Notes: generated from the letters alone by a model not told the origin. DNA of 56,080 bases from a virus (IMGVR_UViG_3300032053_000093:1-56080); one strand, 5' to 3'; numbered from the stretch's first letter, positions 35,355 to 46,089 are shown. A program made the numbers and translations.

Positions 35355-36680
35355 ATGGCAGTTAAGATTGAGACCACATATCCGACGGGGCGAGGGCTGG
35401 CGGCGACGCTGGAACGGCTGGACAACGGCAAGCGGTGGCACAACGACGCGAGCCATGGGGCATGGGAAAACCCAGCCGTGTATGGCGACAACGCGATTGC
35501 GTTGACTGAGGGAAGCTCCGGCGACAAGGCCCTTCAGAACTACACAGGCACGACGCTGGGGGATATGGGGAGTCCGGGGAAGGTGCGGATTAGAATCCAC
35601 GAGCCATCGTTGAGCATGGTGGTGGGGATGGCGGACATCTATGTGCTGGCGAACGTGGAGGTGAGCGAGGCGGCTTATACGCTGGCGGCGGATTTCGCGG
35701 CGATCCCGGCGGCGGTGGAGGCAGCCCTGGTGGCGGATTTCGCGGCGATACCCGGTGCGGTGGAGACCGAGATGGCGCTTAAACACGGGGATGGAAACTA
35801 CGTGAGCATCCTGGGGTCCGGCGCCGATGCGGTGGGCTTGACGCTTTCGATTGAGGGTGTGGGCGTACCGGGGTTCGCGGTGTGGATCACGAACGACGCG
35901 GCGGGTGACGAGGTAGAGGCGGGGAGTCTGGCGACCGACGATAGCGGCCAGGTTCAGACGATGCTCACTGACGGGCAAACGTACTACCTGTGGGCTAATG
36001 CGCCGTCCGGGTACAACGACCTGGTGGGGGAGGAGTTCGAGGCAAACTCGGCGGAGGGGAACGAGTTCGACGTGACGGCCATTTCCGCGCCAGCCCTGGG
36101 GTCCAGCGTGTATGACCTGATCCCATTGGTCAGCCCCTATCTCACCAAGTGCCCAGAGCCGGTAGTCAAGGCGGCCTTGCGCGCAACTGCCCTGGAATTC
36201 GTCCAGGAGAGCGAGGCCCTGGTTGAGATTCAGTCTGTCACCGTTTCCGAGGCGGGCGACACAATCGCCCTGGTTTCCGCCTACGATTGCTTGACGAAGC
36301 GCGTAATGTCCATTGACCTCAACAGCGAGCAGGTGGTCAAGACGGACTATGTGGTGGGCGAGGACGCGAGCACGGGCGAGGAAGAGGTTGTGTTCGAGTA
36401 TGACCTGGACGTTTCCGATGTTCTGGATATCACCGTGGTTCTGTTGCCGAACGTGAGTTGCTACGAGTATCCGGCGTCCTTTGTGGCGCGGTGGGGCACG
36501 GCGATCTCGCAAGGCGCGTTGGCGTGGCTGTGCTCAATGCCAAAGAAGCCGTGGGCTGACCCGGACTTCGCAAAGCTTTGCGACCGGCGATTCCTGGACG
36601 GCGTGGCGCGGGCGAAGCGCGAGATGGTGGACCTGATGGAACACGACAATACGGAGATGACGCTGCCGAATTTCGAGTAG
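35355..36680 (+). CDS. Head-tail adaptor protein with long N-terminal extension
   Basis: C-terminal ~190 aa LIP.V.P....CPEP....ALR..A.EF...I..GALA.L.SMP.KPW.DP resembles podoviral adaptors. Confidence 0.65.
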   Translation: MAVKIETTYPTGRGLAATLERLDNGKRWHNDASHGAWENPAVYGDNAIALTEGSSGDKALQNYTGTTLGDMGSPGKVRIRIHEPSLSMVVGMADIYVLANVEVSEAAYTLAADFAAIPAAVEAALVADFAAIPGAVETEMALKHGDGNYVSILGSGADAVGLTLSIEGVGVPGFAVWITNDAAGDEVEAGSLATDDSGQVQTMLTDGQTYYLWANAPSGYNDLVGEEFEANSAEGNEFDVTAISAPALGSSVYDLIPLVSPYLTKCPEPVVKAALRATALEFVQESEALVEIQSVTVSEAGDTIALVSAYDCLTKRVMSIDLNSEQVVKTDYVVGEDASTGEEEVVFEYDLDVSDVLDITVVLLPNVSCYEYPASFVARWGTAISQGALAWLCSMPKKPWADPDFAKLCDRRFLDGVARAKREMVDLMEHDNTEMTLPNFE

Positions 36681-36690
36681 GAGGCCGGAC

Positions 36691-37044
36691 ATGATTGTAA
36701 GCGAGGTGATTACCAGATTACGGGACATCCTGAACGACAATGCCGTCAATGACGAGGATAGGCGGTGGCCTAATGCTAAACTTTGGCCGCATGTGGACAC
36801 AACGCAGAAGGTCATCCTGCTTACGTGCTCGGAGTTCCGCCTGAGTGCGGCGGGAGTTTACCAAACGCCGGGGGCTGTCACGGGCATGGGATCAGCCTTG
36901 ATGGTGCCGGACGAATACAAAGAAGCGATGGCGTCCTTTGTGGCGCATTTGGTGCTGACTGATGACAACTCCGACACGAACAACGCGGCGCAGGCCGCCG
37001 AGTATTTGAAGCGGTACGAACGCCTGATGATCGCCACCAAGTAG
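36691..37044 (+). CDS. Second adaptor-like protein (DUF6682-like)
   Basis: VI.RLRDILND......RW....L pattern; position before the nozzle. Confidence 0.55.
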   Translation: MIVSEVITRLRDILNDNAVNDEDRRWPNAKLWPHVDTTQKVILLTCSEFRLSAAGVYQTPGAVTGMGSALMVPDEYKEAMASFVAHLVLTDDNSDTNNAAQAAEYLKRYERLMIATK

Positions 37045-37053
37045 GAGAGTGAG

Positions 37054-39315
37054 ATGCCCAATCCGATTGTCCTGTCCCGATTCGGAGGATGTTTTCCTGA
37101 GCTGGCTCCGCATAATTTACCTGATGGGGCTGCTTCCGATGCCTTGAACTGCGATCTGCGCTGGGGCAAGATCACGGCCCTGCCAAGCACATTGCCAGAC
37201 GCGACAACCGTTGGCGGCGAAGTGGCTCCGGGCGACTTGTTTCTGCTGCGCAAGGCGAAGATGCCGGTGTGGGCGGATTGGAGTCCGTTGGTTGCTAACT
37301 TTGGGACTACTCGTGTTTTGGTAGGGACTGAGACTGTGCCGGGATGGATTACTCTTGAAGCGGGTGTGTGGCTTCAAGCGGTCAAGCTTACCGTTGATCC
37401 CGCATTTGATTTTGATACGCTCCAGATTGATTTGTTTGATGTCGACGGCACTCCATTAAAATTGTATTATGATGTTTATTGGGAGCCACCCAACATCATT
37501 CGTATTGGATATGAAATATGTAAGATTGGCCATCGTGGAACACCTGTTTCTTATAGGTTTGGCGCATCTGGGGGTCCAACGGCAGATATGACAATTGCGC
37601 TTGGGTCTGGTAATTTTCGCGTTCCAGATGTATATTCAGTTCTTGGCCCTTCATTCTATGTTGGGTTTGCAAAAGGTGAAAAAGGTTATCCTGCAACGGT
37701 GGCATCACTTGGGAATACCGGTCCTGCTTCGCCTGGAATATTGGGGGGAGTTGTTTCGATTGTTCGTGACACGAAAACCGTGGCCTATGTCTCATGTGCG
37801 GATGTGCAGATTACGAGTCTTGCGGACAGCGAAAGTCCGATAGCTGGAGCGGATTATCACTTGGACTTCATTCCCGCGAGCAAGGGCGAGATCGTCCTGA
37901 AGGTCGAGTTCCCCTACGACAAGGAGCGGTCGCTGTACTACGCGGCGACGGCGTTGTACCAGAATCCCGATGATATTGAGGATGTCACTGAGGGACCACT
38001 TGGATACCGGCAATGGGTTAGTGATTCTGAGTTGGGTGATCCGGTCGAAATTGTTGTTCCCGAAGGGCAACGTCCGCAGATGACTCTTGCTCTGCAAACC
38101 ACTCCTGCGTCTAGCAAGACGGTAACGCATATCCGGGTGTATCGGGCGACTCAGGCGGCGCGGGGATGGAAACGTGTGCAGGATGTGACTGAGGCGAACT
38201 GGTCATCCTGGACAGACGACGTGCTTGCCCCGCAAGGGGACGAGGTTCCGACGTATGGGAATGCGCCCACTGTTAATCCTTTCCGAAGCACCACGATTAT
38301 CATGCCTGGGCAGTTCGCTTTGGGATGGACGAATACGCCAACCCCTCGCGTCTATCCCTCAGAGGTTTTCGCGTTTCACATCTATCCAGAAGAATACTAC
38401 CTTGAGTTCAATGCGGCTGATCCCATCCAAAAGATGATCGGGGTGGGTTCCGGGGCGGTTCTTTTTACCACGAGCAAGGTGTATTGGATTTACGGGTCTG
38501 ATCCGGCACAAATGGCTTACATACTTCTGTCGGATACAAAACCGCTCTTGGATGCAGACACGATTTGTCGGGATGGGGACTCGGTTTACTACATCTACGG
38601 GGATTCTCCGACGCCCCCTGCTTCGCACGTTTACGATGCTGGTGTGGCCAAAGTGACGGGGGGACAACTCACCAGTATCTCGGAACCGTTTCTGAGTCGG
38701 GCCACTTTCTACGCCAAGATTGCGACGTGGGTTGCAACTGCTTTGGTGGTTCGCGCCAGTGAGGGGATGGTTTGGTTTGGGAACGCAACTCAGGGGTATG
38801 TGCTTGAACCGAATCATACCGTGGAAGGGTACGCGCTGGTTCCGTATAACCTGACGGGGAGCACACATCCGATTTCTGGCTTCACTTATGCCAACACGGT
38901 GCTGTGGCAAAGCAAAGAGTGGCAATTCGATGAACCGATCAACCTGGCGACCTTGCATTATTTGGGTTCCACCAGTGCAAAGGTGACTGTCATAGGAGAT
39001 GATGCTTCTACAGTCAACTCTGTGGCAGACAAGTCCGTGACTTCACTGACGGGCCTGAATACGTCTCAGGGCGTCCGGCGTTTGAGCGTTCTGGTGCATA
39101 ATCCATCGTCTGGCGCGGCCTTGGGCGCGGAACGCCTCTCCCTTGCGCCGCGTGTGGCAATTCCTGTCAAGGACGACCCGATCCGGGTCACTCCGGCGGA
39201 CGTTGCGCCGGACGGGACGTGCTGGTTGCAGTTCGTGAACGCGGGGCGGTTCAGGGGCGGGGTGTTGTACGCCAAAAAGGGCGGCGGGGTGGTGACTTTG
39301 ACGCAACGGCCATAA
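37054..39315 (+). CDS. Tail nozzle / DNA stabilisation protein (N-terminal part)
   Basis: FGG.FPELAPH.LPDGAA..A.NCDL..G.I N-terminus; SE....H.YPEEY beta-propeller-like core. Confidence 0.7.
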   Translation: MPNPIVLSRFGGCFPELAPHNLPDGAASDALNCDLRWGKITALPSTLPDATTVGGEVAPGDLFLLRKAKMPVWADWSPLVANFGTTRVLVGTETVPGWITLEAGVWLQAVKLTVDPAFDFDTLQIDLFDVDGTPLKLYYDVYWEPPNIIRIGYEICKIGHRGTPVSYRFGASGGPTADMTIALGSGNFRVPDVYSVLGPSFYVGFAKGEKGYPATVASLGNTGPASPGILGGVVSIVRDTKTVAYVSCADVQITSLADSESPIAGADYHLDFIPASKGEIVLKVEFPYDKERSLYYAATALYQNPDDIEDVTEGPLGYRQWVSDSELGDPVEIVVPEGQRPQMTLALQTTPASSKTVTHIRVYRATQAARGWKRVQDVTEANWSSWTDDVLAPQGDEVPTYGNAPTVNPFRSTTIIMPGQFALGWTNTPTPRVYPSEVFAFHIYPEEYYLEFNAADPIQKMIGVGSGAVLFTTSKVYWIYGSDPAQMAYILLSDTKPLLDADTICRDGDSVYYIYGDSPTPPASHVYDAGVAKVTGGQLTSISEPFLSRATFYAKIATWVATALVVRASEGMVWFGNATQGYVLEPNHTVEGYALVPYNLTGSTHPISGFTYANTVLWQSKEWQFDEPINLATLHYLGSTSAKVTVIGDDASTVNSVADKSVTSLTGLNTSQGVRRLSVLVHNPSSGAALGAERLSLAPRVAIPVKDDPIRVTPADVAPDGTCWLQFVNAGRFRGGVLYAKKGGGVVTLTQRP

Positions 39316-39380
39316 GAGAGAGGGCTGAGTGCTGAGGAAGAGGGCATCGAGAAGACAGACGGGAAAAAGGAGAGACTAAC

Positions 39381-39695
39381 ATGGCAAACGTGGACAATCT
39401 GAGTTTCAGCGCATTTATGGATGACCTGGGGGGCGCGGCGGATGCGCTCAGGCCGCTCAAAACGCGGATAGACTCGCTTGTGGCGCGGGCGGCTCTGGCG
39501 GAGTTTGCGGCGATTGCGGCGAGTCATAGCGGCAGTGACGTGGTGGTGCGTATTCGGCCCGACGCGGAGAGTCTTCCCGTGCTGAAGATGAGCAACTATA
39601 ACGATCTGGTGTACGCACTGGGGTTGCTCAAAAATACTCTGGACGCGATCACACCGGCAACGCTGGAGGTCTTCACGCCCAGGGCGGCGTCGTAA
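39381..39695 (+). CDS. Hypothetical protein
   Basis: 104 aa, AAGGAG RBS. Confidence 0.65.
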   Translation: MANVDNLSFSAFMDDLGGAADALRPLKTRIDSLVARAALAEFAAIAASHSGSDVVVRIRPDAESLPVLKMSNYNDLVYALGLLKNTLDAITPATLEVFTPRAAS

Positions 39696-39705
39696 GGAGT
39701 AGTCA

Positions 39706-42258
39706 ATGGCTCTTGTTCCGCATTTCGTGACATCGGCCGGCAGCGACACATGGGCTAACTCTGCCGTGTACACCACACCGTGCTCGCTCTCAACTGCTAT
39801 TACCAACGCGACGGCTGGAGACAAAGTCTGGATACTGTCTGGCAATTATACCCGGACGGCAAGTGATGCACCAGCCAACGTTGGGACTGTAGGAAGCCCC
39901 GTTATCTATGAGGGATGCACGTCGTTCAACACGGGTACGCCAACTCCTATTACGCCGACTCGCGCTGGCGGACACGGAGCGCTTGATACAACTGGGATGC
40001 CAGTAATCGCGTACAATGCGACCTATCAGATGGCTTGTGCTAGTGCAGCCTTTGTTGAGTTTGTGCATCTTAACTTTACTGGGGCTATTAACGGCAATTT
40101 TGTCGGCACAACCTCCTCAACAAATACGATCTCTATAATTGAGTGCGTTGGGACCAATTCCACGTCTGGAACTCTTGCGGTGTGTTTCTACCGGGCCATA
40201 AACACAGTGAATTGCGATGGCTTTCTAACTGGCGCCACCAACAGCAGCTATGTGTACAAACTGGACGGCGCTGTTGCGCGCTGCGTGAATTGCCAGGGCA
40301 CAAACTCCTCAAGTGCCGGTGTTGGCATATTTGGCATGGGCGCTTCGTCAGCTTTAATCAATCCGGTATGCTACGCTTCGGCAGGTGTGGGCATTGACTT
40401 TATAGGTACAATCGGTTTCTTGGTAGTGAATCCCACTATCTACAGTCAGGCGGTGGCCGGAATCCGAACCCCCAACTATGCTTTGACCGGTGTACCCCTC
40501 ATCGTGAATCCGATGATAACGGATTGCGCATACGCATTCCTGAATCTCTACAACGCCACGGCTGCGCATTCGATCAAAGTTATCAAGGCGCGGACTCGCG
40601 ACAACACCAATGCCGACCTGGGGTATGGTGACAACCCCCATTACTACTCCATACTGACTGATAACGGGAATTATCTGACGGACTACGTTTCAGCAACCGA
40701 CCTAAGTCCCGCGGCTGCCGCGGTTGGGCGAGGCGCGGGTTTGGGCGGGGACGACATCGGAGCCCGCCAGCGTGTAGAAGGCTATCCGGCGGCGGCGAAT
40801 CTGCTGGACTCGGCCACGTGCGATAGTGGCGCGGTTGTAGGGACGTACCACGCGCCTGATGCGGGCGAAGTGACAAGCAACGCCGTCTTTGGTCCGGCGA
40901 GTGGAACTTCTGGAACTTACCATCGGCCCGAAACAAATGAGGTCATTGACACGGCGTCCTTTGGCATTTCAAGCGGACAAGCAGGGACGATTCACCAGCC
41001 TGATGTGATTGAGGTCACGGACAATGCGGTCTTTGGCGCGGCAAGCGCGGTTCATGGAACTTATCACAGGCCGGAAGCGGCAGAAGTGATTGACACGGCG
41101 GTCTTCGGCCCAGCAAGCGGGACGCCGGGGACGGTGCATCAGCCGGACCAGGCAGAGGTTATCAGCACGGCGGTCTATGGTCCCGCCAGTGCAACTCCTG
41201 GAACGTATCCCACGACGGCGGTGAGCAAGGCGGCGCAGCTCGCAACGGATATCGCGGCGGTGGAAGCCGAAGCGGAGCACATCGAGTTAGGAACGACGAT
41301 CCTGACCGTGCCGGGGGAGTTAGACATAGGCAGCATTGACCTGACGCCAAAAGCGGGGGTGGTTGGGCCGGACTACGTGCTCATGGGGCATGAGAACTAC
41401 ACGGACGGGGAGGATGGGACTTACGTTCCCACGACGCCAGAGACCACGAAGAAGGATGAGCATTTTGGCGCGAATGGAGCGGAGGTGGGGACGTTCGATG
41501 GTTCGACGAGCGCGGAGACCACGGCAAACGGATGGTTCAACTGCGAGGGTTCTGCGGCGAGTGACGAATGGAAGCTGAATATCAATGCGGCTTCGTGGGA
41601 TTCCCTTGTGCTCTATCCTGAAAAGCGGGTTGAGATTCCGGTGATGGGCTTCTCTCTGGCGGGAAGCAACATCCTCCCGGACATTCGGTCGAGCGTTTTG
41701 ATTTTCCCCGAATCCGGGCGGTTCATGGTGGCGCGGATTCATGCGAGCAACTACCCAGTCGTTCTCTCACTCAACAATGGCAGTGGCGCAGTTACGCAGA
41801 ACATCACTGACAGTCAGGACGTTCTGATCCTCACCCCCGGAACGCCAGCGCGGGAATGGACACTGGACATCACCGGGGCCAACGAAATTTACAGTGTCAT
41901 GTTGGCCGGCGAGACGGCGGCTCTTGTCCAGGACGGCTTCGTGGGTCTTTCCAGAGTGGACAGTCCCCCGACATGGCTCTGCCGCCAGATTTACTCCCCG
42001 GTGCCCGTGGCGTTCTCTTGTGCCCGTGTGGTCTCGCGCTCCGCATCTCCCGCGCTGGTGTTCAAGATTTACCGGGAGAACTCGACTACGGCCAGCGGGA
42101 CGACGGGGTGGACAAGCAGTACCCTCACAAACTGCAACGCCTTCCGTTTGCCGCGTTTGGAACCCTCCCGTTTCTGGCGGGTGGATATCTCCGGGGCGGA
42201 TTCTTCTGACATCGTGGATGAGGTGCGACTGGCAACTTCAATGGAGCGCCTGAAATGA
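39706..42258 (+). CDS. Tailspike/beta-helix-like protein with 24-aa repeats, fused to nozzle-like C-terminal domains
   Basis: AGDKVWILSGNY and Asn/Cys-ladder region, five GTYH.P...EV...AVFG repeats, C-terminus AFRLP...FWRVDI...VRLATSMERL. Confidence 0.6.
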   Translation: MALVPHFVTSAGSDTWANSAVYTTPCSLSTAITNATAGDKVWILSGNYTRTASDAPANVGTVGSPVIYEGCTSFNTGTPTPITPTRAGGHGALDTTGMPVIAYNATYQMACASAAFVEFVHLNFTGAINGNFVGTTSSTNTISIIECVGTNSTSGTLAVCFYRAINTVNCDGFLTGATNSSYVYKLDGAVARCVNCQGTNSSSAGVGIFGMGASSALINPVCYASAGVGIDFIGTIGFLVVNPTIYSQAVAGIRTPNYALTGVPLIVNPMITDCAYAFLNLYNATAAHSIKVIKARTRDNTNADLGYGDNPHYYSILTDNGNYLTDYVSATDLSPAAAAVGRGAGLGGDDIGARQRVEGYPAAANLLDSATCDSGAVVGTYHAPDAGEVTSNAVFGPASGTSGTYHRPETNEVIDTASFGISSGQAGTIHQPDVIEVTDNAVFGAASAVHGTYHRPEAAEVIDTAVFGPASGTPGTVHQPDQAEVISTAVYGPASATPGTYPTTAVSKAAQLATDIAAVEAEAEHIELGTTILTVPGELDIGSIDLTPKAGVVGPDYVLMGHENYTDGEDGTYVPTTPETTKKDEHFGANGAEVGTFDGSTSAETTANGWFNCEGSAASDEWKLNINAASWDSLVLYPEKRVEIPVMGFSLAGSNILPDIRSSVLIFPESGRFMVARIHASNYPVVLSLNNGSGAVTQNITDSQDVLILTPGTPAREWTLDITGANEIYSVMLAGETAALVQDGFVGLSRVDSPPTWLCRQIYSPVPVAFSCARVVSRSASPALVFKIYRENSTTASGTTGWTSSTLTNCNAFRLPRLEPSRFWRVDISGADSSDIVDEVRLATSMERLK
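40840..41211 (+). repeat. Five tandem 72-bp (24-aa) coding repeats
   Basis: GTYHAPD/GTYHRPE/GTIHQPD/GTYHRPE/GTVHQPD units starting at 40840 with exact 72-nt period. Confidence 0.9.
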
Positions 42259-42611
42259 CCCGTCGCGGACAACGCAGAATGTCCCCTGTTCCGGCTGGTG
42301 TTACGCCCGCACTGGCGTCCTACCTTGAGGATACACGGAAGCATGTTGTTAAAATTGACAATGCCTTTCAGTTGAAAGAGAAGGAACCACAGGCGCCTTC
42401 TAATGCTTTTGAGCGGGTTGAAGCGGTGCGGATGAATGAGCATGTGATTCTGAATTTCCGAAATGCAACGGGCAGCAAAGTGGCTTCTATATCTCTTCCC
42501 AATATAGAACAAATGCACTCCGCTACGCCGACTGGAGCGACAACGACTATTACGAATACCGCGGAGACAGTATGGGTTCTTCCGTGTGGGTTCGCGGTAG
42601 CAGGATCATAG
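42255..42611 (+). CDS. Hypothetical virion-module protein
   Basis: ATGA overlap; 118 aa. Confidence 0.6.
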   Translation: MTRRGQRRMSPVPAGVTPALASYLEDTRKHVVKIDNAFQLKEKEPQAPSNAFERVEAVRMNEHVILNFRNATGSKVASISLPNIEQMHSATPTGATTTITNTAETVWVLPCGFAVAGS

Positions 42612-42620
42612 AGGCACGGA

Positions 42621-45600
42621 ATGGCGCTTGAGACATATCTTCCGGTTCCCACTGCGGTTTTGACCGATCCGCTTTTCGGGTTGCCTTTGCTTCCCCTGCT
42701 CAATGGTGCGTGGACTGCGGACCCGCCCGATGGATATACCGGCGCGAATTCCTACATGTTGAAGGCCCTGAAGGTGACGGGCACAAAGAGATTGTGGCAG
42801 CAGGACCTTTTTGACTCACAGAACGCCATAAACCTGTTCTTCCGGCGCGTTCAGTATCTCCTGCATATTATGAACCAGGCTAGAAATGGCCTGACAGACG
42901 TGTATTATGCCGAGTTGGGGAACTGCACGGAAGAGGCGACATGGCCGATTGTCTCCGTCACTACGGATACGATCACCCTGCAAACCATTGCCGGAGATAA
43001 TCCCTCATGCGATCCGTCGCGGATGCTCTTTCAGGTGTTCAGCATCAATCCCGATTGGCCGCTTGAACCCGGCGCATCTCGCATGTTAATCACGCCGAAT
43101 TATATCAAGCTTCCTCCGGGTGGTTTGTTTACTATCAACTCGCCCTCCATGCTCGCGGGTCATGGCGGGTGGCACGTCGAACGGGTGAATATCCCCGAAG
43201 GTTTCGCGTTGGGGGATACGTTTTCGCTGACTGTTTCTTCCGATGTTGGCAGGATACTGACACCGTATCCCGCCACGGACCTTACCCCGATTTCGGGTAG
43301 GTACCGGTTTTATGTTCACACCAGCGTCGAGCCGTGGTCGTATATCCCCGATGTCCGCCCCTTGTGGTGCGAGAAACACACCCTGCAAACATCAGACTTC
43401 GCTTCAGAACACGTCATTCTCTACAACCGGATTCGCTTCTGGAAGGCCGCCCCGGGCACTGTCCCGGATTCCACGTGGTTTAAGGCCGAAGAGTACAAAG
43501 GGGATGTTTTCGTGAAGGATTGGACGGCGAAAGTCATAGCCCCTGGGAACCCGTTGATTCGAGTGTATCACGGGGAAGTGTTGGGCTATGAGACGCGGGT
43601 TGACCTATCGTCCTTAAAGTCATCGTTGACCGGGGACAGGATGGTGTTCACGTGTTGGTCCGAAGCGATTTCCCCGGCTGGCGAATATGTGGGCTGCAAC
43701 AACCGGTGTGCGCATTCAAAGCCGGACTATTCGGGGAGTTACGGGGACCTGGACTATCCCGATCTTGATGGCGTGAAGTGGTTTTGCGATCTGGGCACGG
43801 CGGCCACGGGGTTCGCCAACTACAAGCCCCAGTGTTATCAGCCCGGAGTCTGTACCGCATTCGAGGAAGAAGTTCCAGGAAACCCCGTGGATGAAACGCT
43901 GATGAAGCAGATTCTCCTTACGCAGCCTTTCATCATGGAGCAACTCATGGCGGGGTTCGCGGACTTCATTGAATATCGCATGATGAACGGTTGCCCCTCT
44001 ATCGCGTCTCTGGCGTTCTTGAACATGACGGTTCCAGTAACGTATAGTCCTCAGATGCGATTCACGCGCCGCGGCGGATGGTCCGCGTATAGCGCCGAAC
44101 AGATAGATGGGGTGTGGGACATTTACGCGCTTCAGGGGCACGAACAATACTGGCCTCTGAGCATGGAATCGCTGTTTCGTTTCGGATTTGCGGCATGGCA
44201 CAGCAAACGGCCGGATGTTGAAGGGGCTGTTTTAACGGATGTGTGTGAATCCATGATGATTTCCAGTTCTCATAGCATTTGCCCGGCTACGGGGGAAGTG
44301 TCCGGGACAGCGGGGCGTCCCGTGCAGCGGTGCGGGACAGATGTGATTGGAATGGTAATCCCGTCGTTGAATCCCGCGCTGGCGTCTCAGGCGTTCGTGG
44401 GGGGCGTGATCTATCATGCGTCGGAGTCTGACCCGATAACCTTCATGGGTGTCTCGTATCTGTGGCGGATCGCGTTCGAGAGGAATATGAACTGGTACAG
44501 GCGCGACTTGCATACCGATGAGCCGTTGAAGTTCACGGTGAAGGTTCTGGATCAGGTGGCGGGGACCGATGGCTTCTGGTTGGAGTTGGAGAACCGCGAG
44601 GTGACCTGCACGACGATGGCGACGTTGGGCGAAGACCGGACGACGAGATTCCGGTGTGGGGGGACGAATGTTCGCGCGCCCGACCGCTGGAACTTGAACA
44701 ACAGGGATTGCTGGACATCCAGGCGGGGACCGATGCGGGAATGCTTTGCCTATCCGGGGGATGTGATTTGCACAGAGGCGGGGTTGCGGTTTTGGATCAC
44801 GGACGCCGTTCCGAACGATCCATGCAGCACTGGGTTGCTTCAGTCGTGGGATGCGGAGGACGGCCTGAAAAGATGCTCCGTTGCCCCCAAACGGTACTTC
44901 ATTCCGTATAATTCGACAAGCGAGACGTTGGCGGAGGGCGGGCTGGTTATCACACGTTCCGCGGGAACCGTGATTCTTACCGGACAGAGGGACGGGCCGT
45001 CTCCGATGGCGGAGTCCGACGTGCCCCCGATAGACCACGTGCTCCCGATAGACCAGTATTGGTATTGCGAGGGGTTGATTAACGCGGGAACGGCCAGCGA
45101 GAAGAAGATCCTCTTTATCAAGTTCTCGAATGCGAATCTGGTGTGGCTGAAGAGTCCGTATAACGTCTTCAATATTACCGCCAACACGGAGATCAATGGG
45201 GCGGCCGCCAATACCTACACGGCGCTCAATGGCGACGTGCTGACGGACCCCGCCCTGTTTCCCGATTTGGACGCCTATGAACTTGCGTTGGCTCACGTTC
45301 ACGAGACAGAGGAATGGACCTGCATGTACGAGGCAACATACCAGTACGACGTTGTGAGCGTGGATCGGGTGGTTTTTTCGTACATGGTGGGCAGAAGCGG
45401 GGTCAAGCGCGAGGTGGAGATGATTCAACTCGCGGTGGGCGTGGTGCTTTCAGGCCAGGAGTGGAACGAGTATTGGGTACAGGGGGCGGATGGGAATCCG
45501 TTCACCGAGGAGACCGTGGATCGAAAGCACTTGACGTTCTATTTCCCTTACAATGTGGTGGGCGGGGACATTGCGATTTACGCCACTGTGGACTCCCCGA

Positions 45601-46088
45601 ATACGAACGATGAATCGAAGGTCTATGTTCACAAGCCTTCGTGGCCGTGTAACTCCATTACGGATGACGAATGGGCTACGCCTTTGCGCGACGGCATTCC
45701 ATTCAGCAGTTCCGATCTTGAGACGTATCGCGGCGGCGGATGGGGCAAGCGCGGGGATCGGATTTTCATCCGGGATGAAAACGGGTATCTTGCTTCGCAG
45801 CCCGAAGGCAGCTTGAAGGGAACCACCATCGAGATACGGGGGGACGGCACAGCTTACCCAGAGAAGCCGCAGATTTACATGGGTGTGGCCGGGTCAGAGG
45901 TACAGATTGATCCCGCCGATCTCGTGTGCATGGGCGCTCATGGTTTCGTGTACGGCAAGACGGCTCTCACGGCGGGGCAGCAAATGACGCTTTTCTCGCG
46001 CCATGCGGATCGCAACGGGATGATCCGGGCGGCGGAGTTGGAGAGCATCAGGGCGGCGATTGCGGGCCTGATGGGGGAAGGCGCGTGA
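42621..46088 (+). CDS. Large unknown protein in the tail module (1155 aa)
   Basis: Long open frame with RBS; beta-rich, Cys cluster; no family recognised. Confidence 0.75.
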   Translation: MALETYLPVPTAVLTDPLFGLPLLPLLNGAWTADPPDGYTGANSYMLKALKVTGTKRLWQQDLFDSQNAINLFFRRVQYLLHIMNQARNGLTDVYYAELGNCTEEATWPIVSVTTDTITLQTIAGDNPSCDPSRMLFQVFSINPDWPLEPGASRMLITPNYIKLPPGGLFTINSPSMLAGHGGWHVERVNIPEGFALGDTFSLTVSSDVGRILTPYPATDLTPISGRYRFYVHTSVEPWSYIPDVRPLWCEKHTLQTSDFASEHVILYNRIRFWKAAPGTVPDSTWFKAEEYKGDVFVKDWTAKVIAPGNPLIRVYHGEVLGYETRVDLSSLKSSLTGDRMVFTCWSEAISPAGEYVGCNNRCAHSKPDYSGSYGDLDYPDLDGVKWFCDLGTAATGFANYKPQCYQPGVCTAFEEEVPGNPVDETLMKQILLTQPFIMEQLMAGFADFIEYRMMNGCPSIASLAFLNMTVPVTYSPQMRFTRRGGWSAYSAEQIDGVWDIYALQGHEQYWPLSMESLFRFGFAAWHSKRPDVEGAVLTDVCESMMISSSHSICPATGEVSGTAGRPVQRCGTDVIGMVIPSLNPALASQAFVGGVIYHASESDPITFMGVSYLWRIAFERNMNWYRRDLHTDEPLKFTVKVLDQVAGTDGFWLELENREVTCTTMATLGEDRTTRFRCGGTNVRAPDRWNLNNRDCWTSRRGPMRECFAYPGDVICTEAGLRFWITDAVPNDPCSTGLLQSWDAEDGLKRCSVAPKRYFIPYNSTSETLAEGGLVITRSAGTVILTGQRDGPSPMAESDVPPIDHVLPIDQYWYCEGLINAGTASEKKILFIKFSNANLVWLKSPYNVFNITANTEINGAAANTYTALNGDVLTDPALFPDLDAYELALAHVHETEEWTCMYEATYQYDVVSVDRVVFSYMVGRSGVKREVEMIQLAVGVVLSGQEWNEYWVQGADGNPFTEETVDRKHLTFYFPYNVVGGDIAIYATVDSPNTNDESKVYVHKPSWPCNSITDDEWATPLRDGIPFSSSDLETYRGGGWGKRGDRIFIRDENGYLASQPEGSLKGTTIEIRGDGTAYPEKPQIYMGVAGSEVQIDPADLVCMGAHGFVYGKTALTAGQQMTLFSRHADRNGMIRAAELESIRAAIAGLMGEGA

Positions 46089-46089
46089 C

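Noticed and set aside
35046-36512. 488-aa minus-strand ORF
   Set aside because: Shadow of the adaptor gene; His/Arg-rich antisense composition
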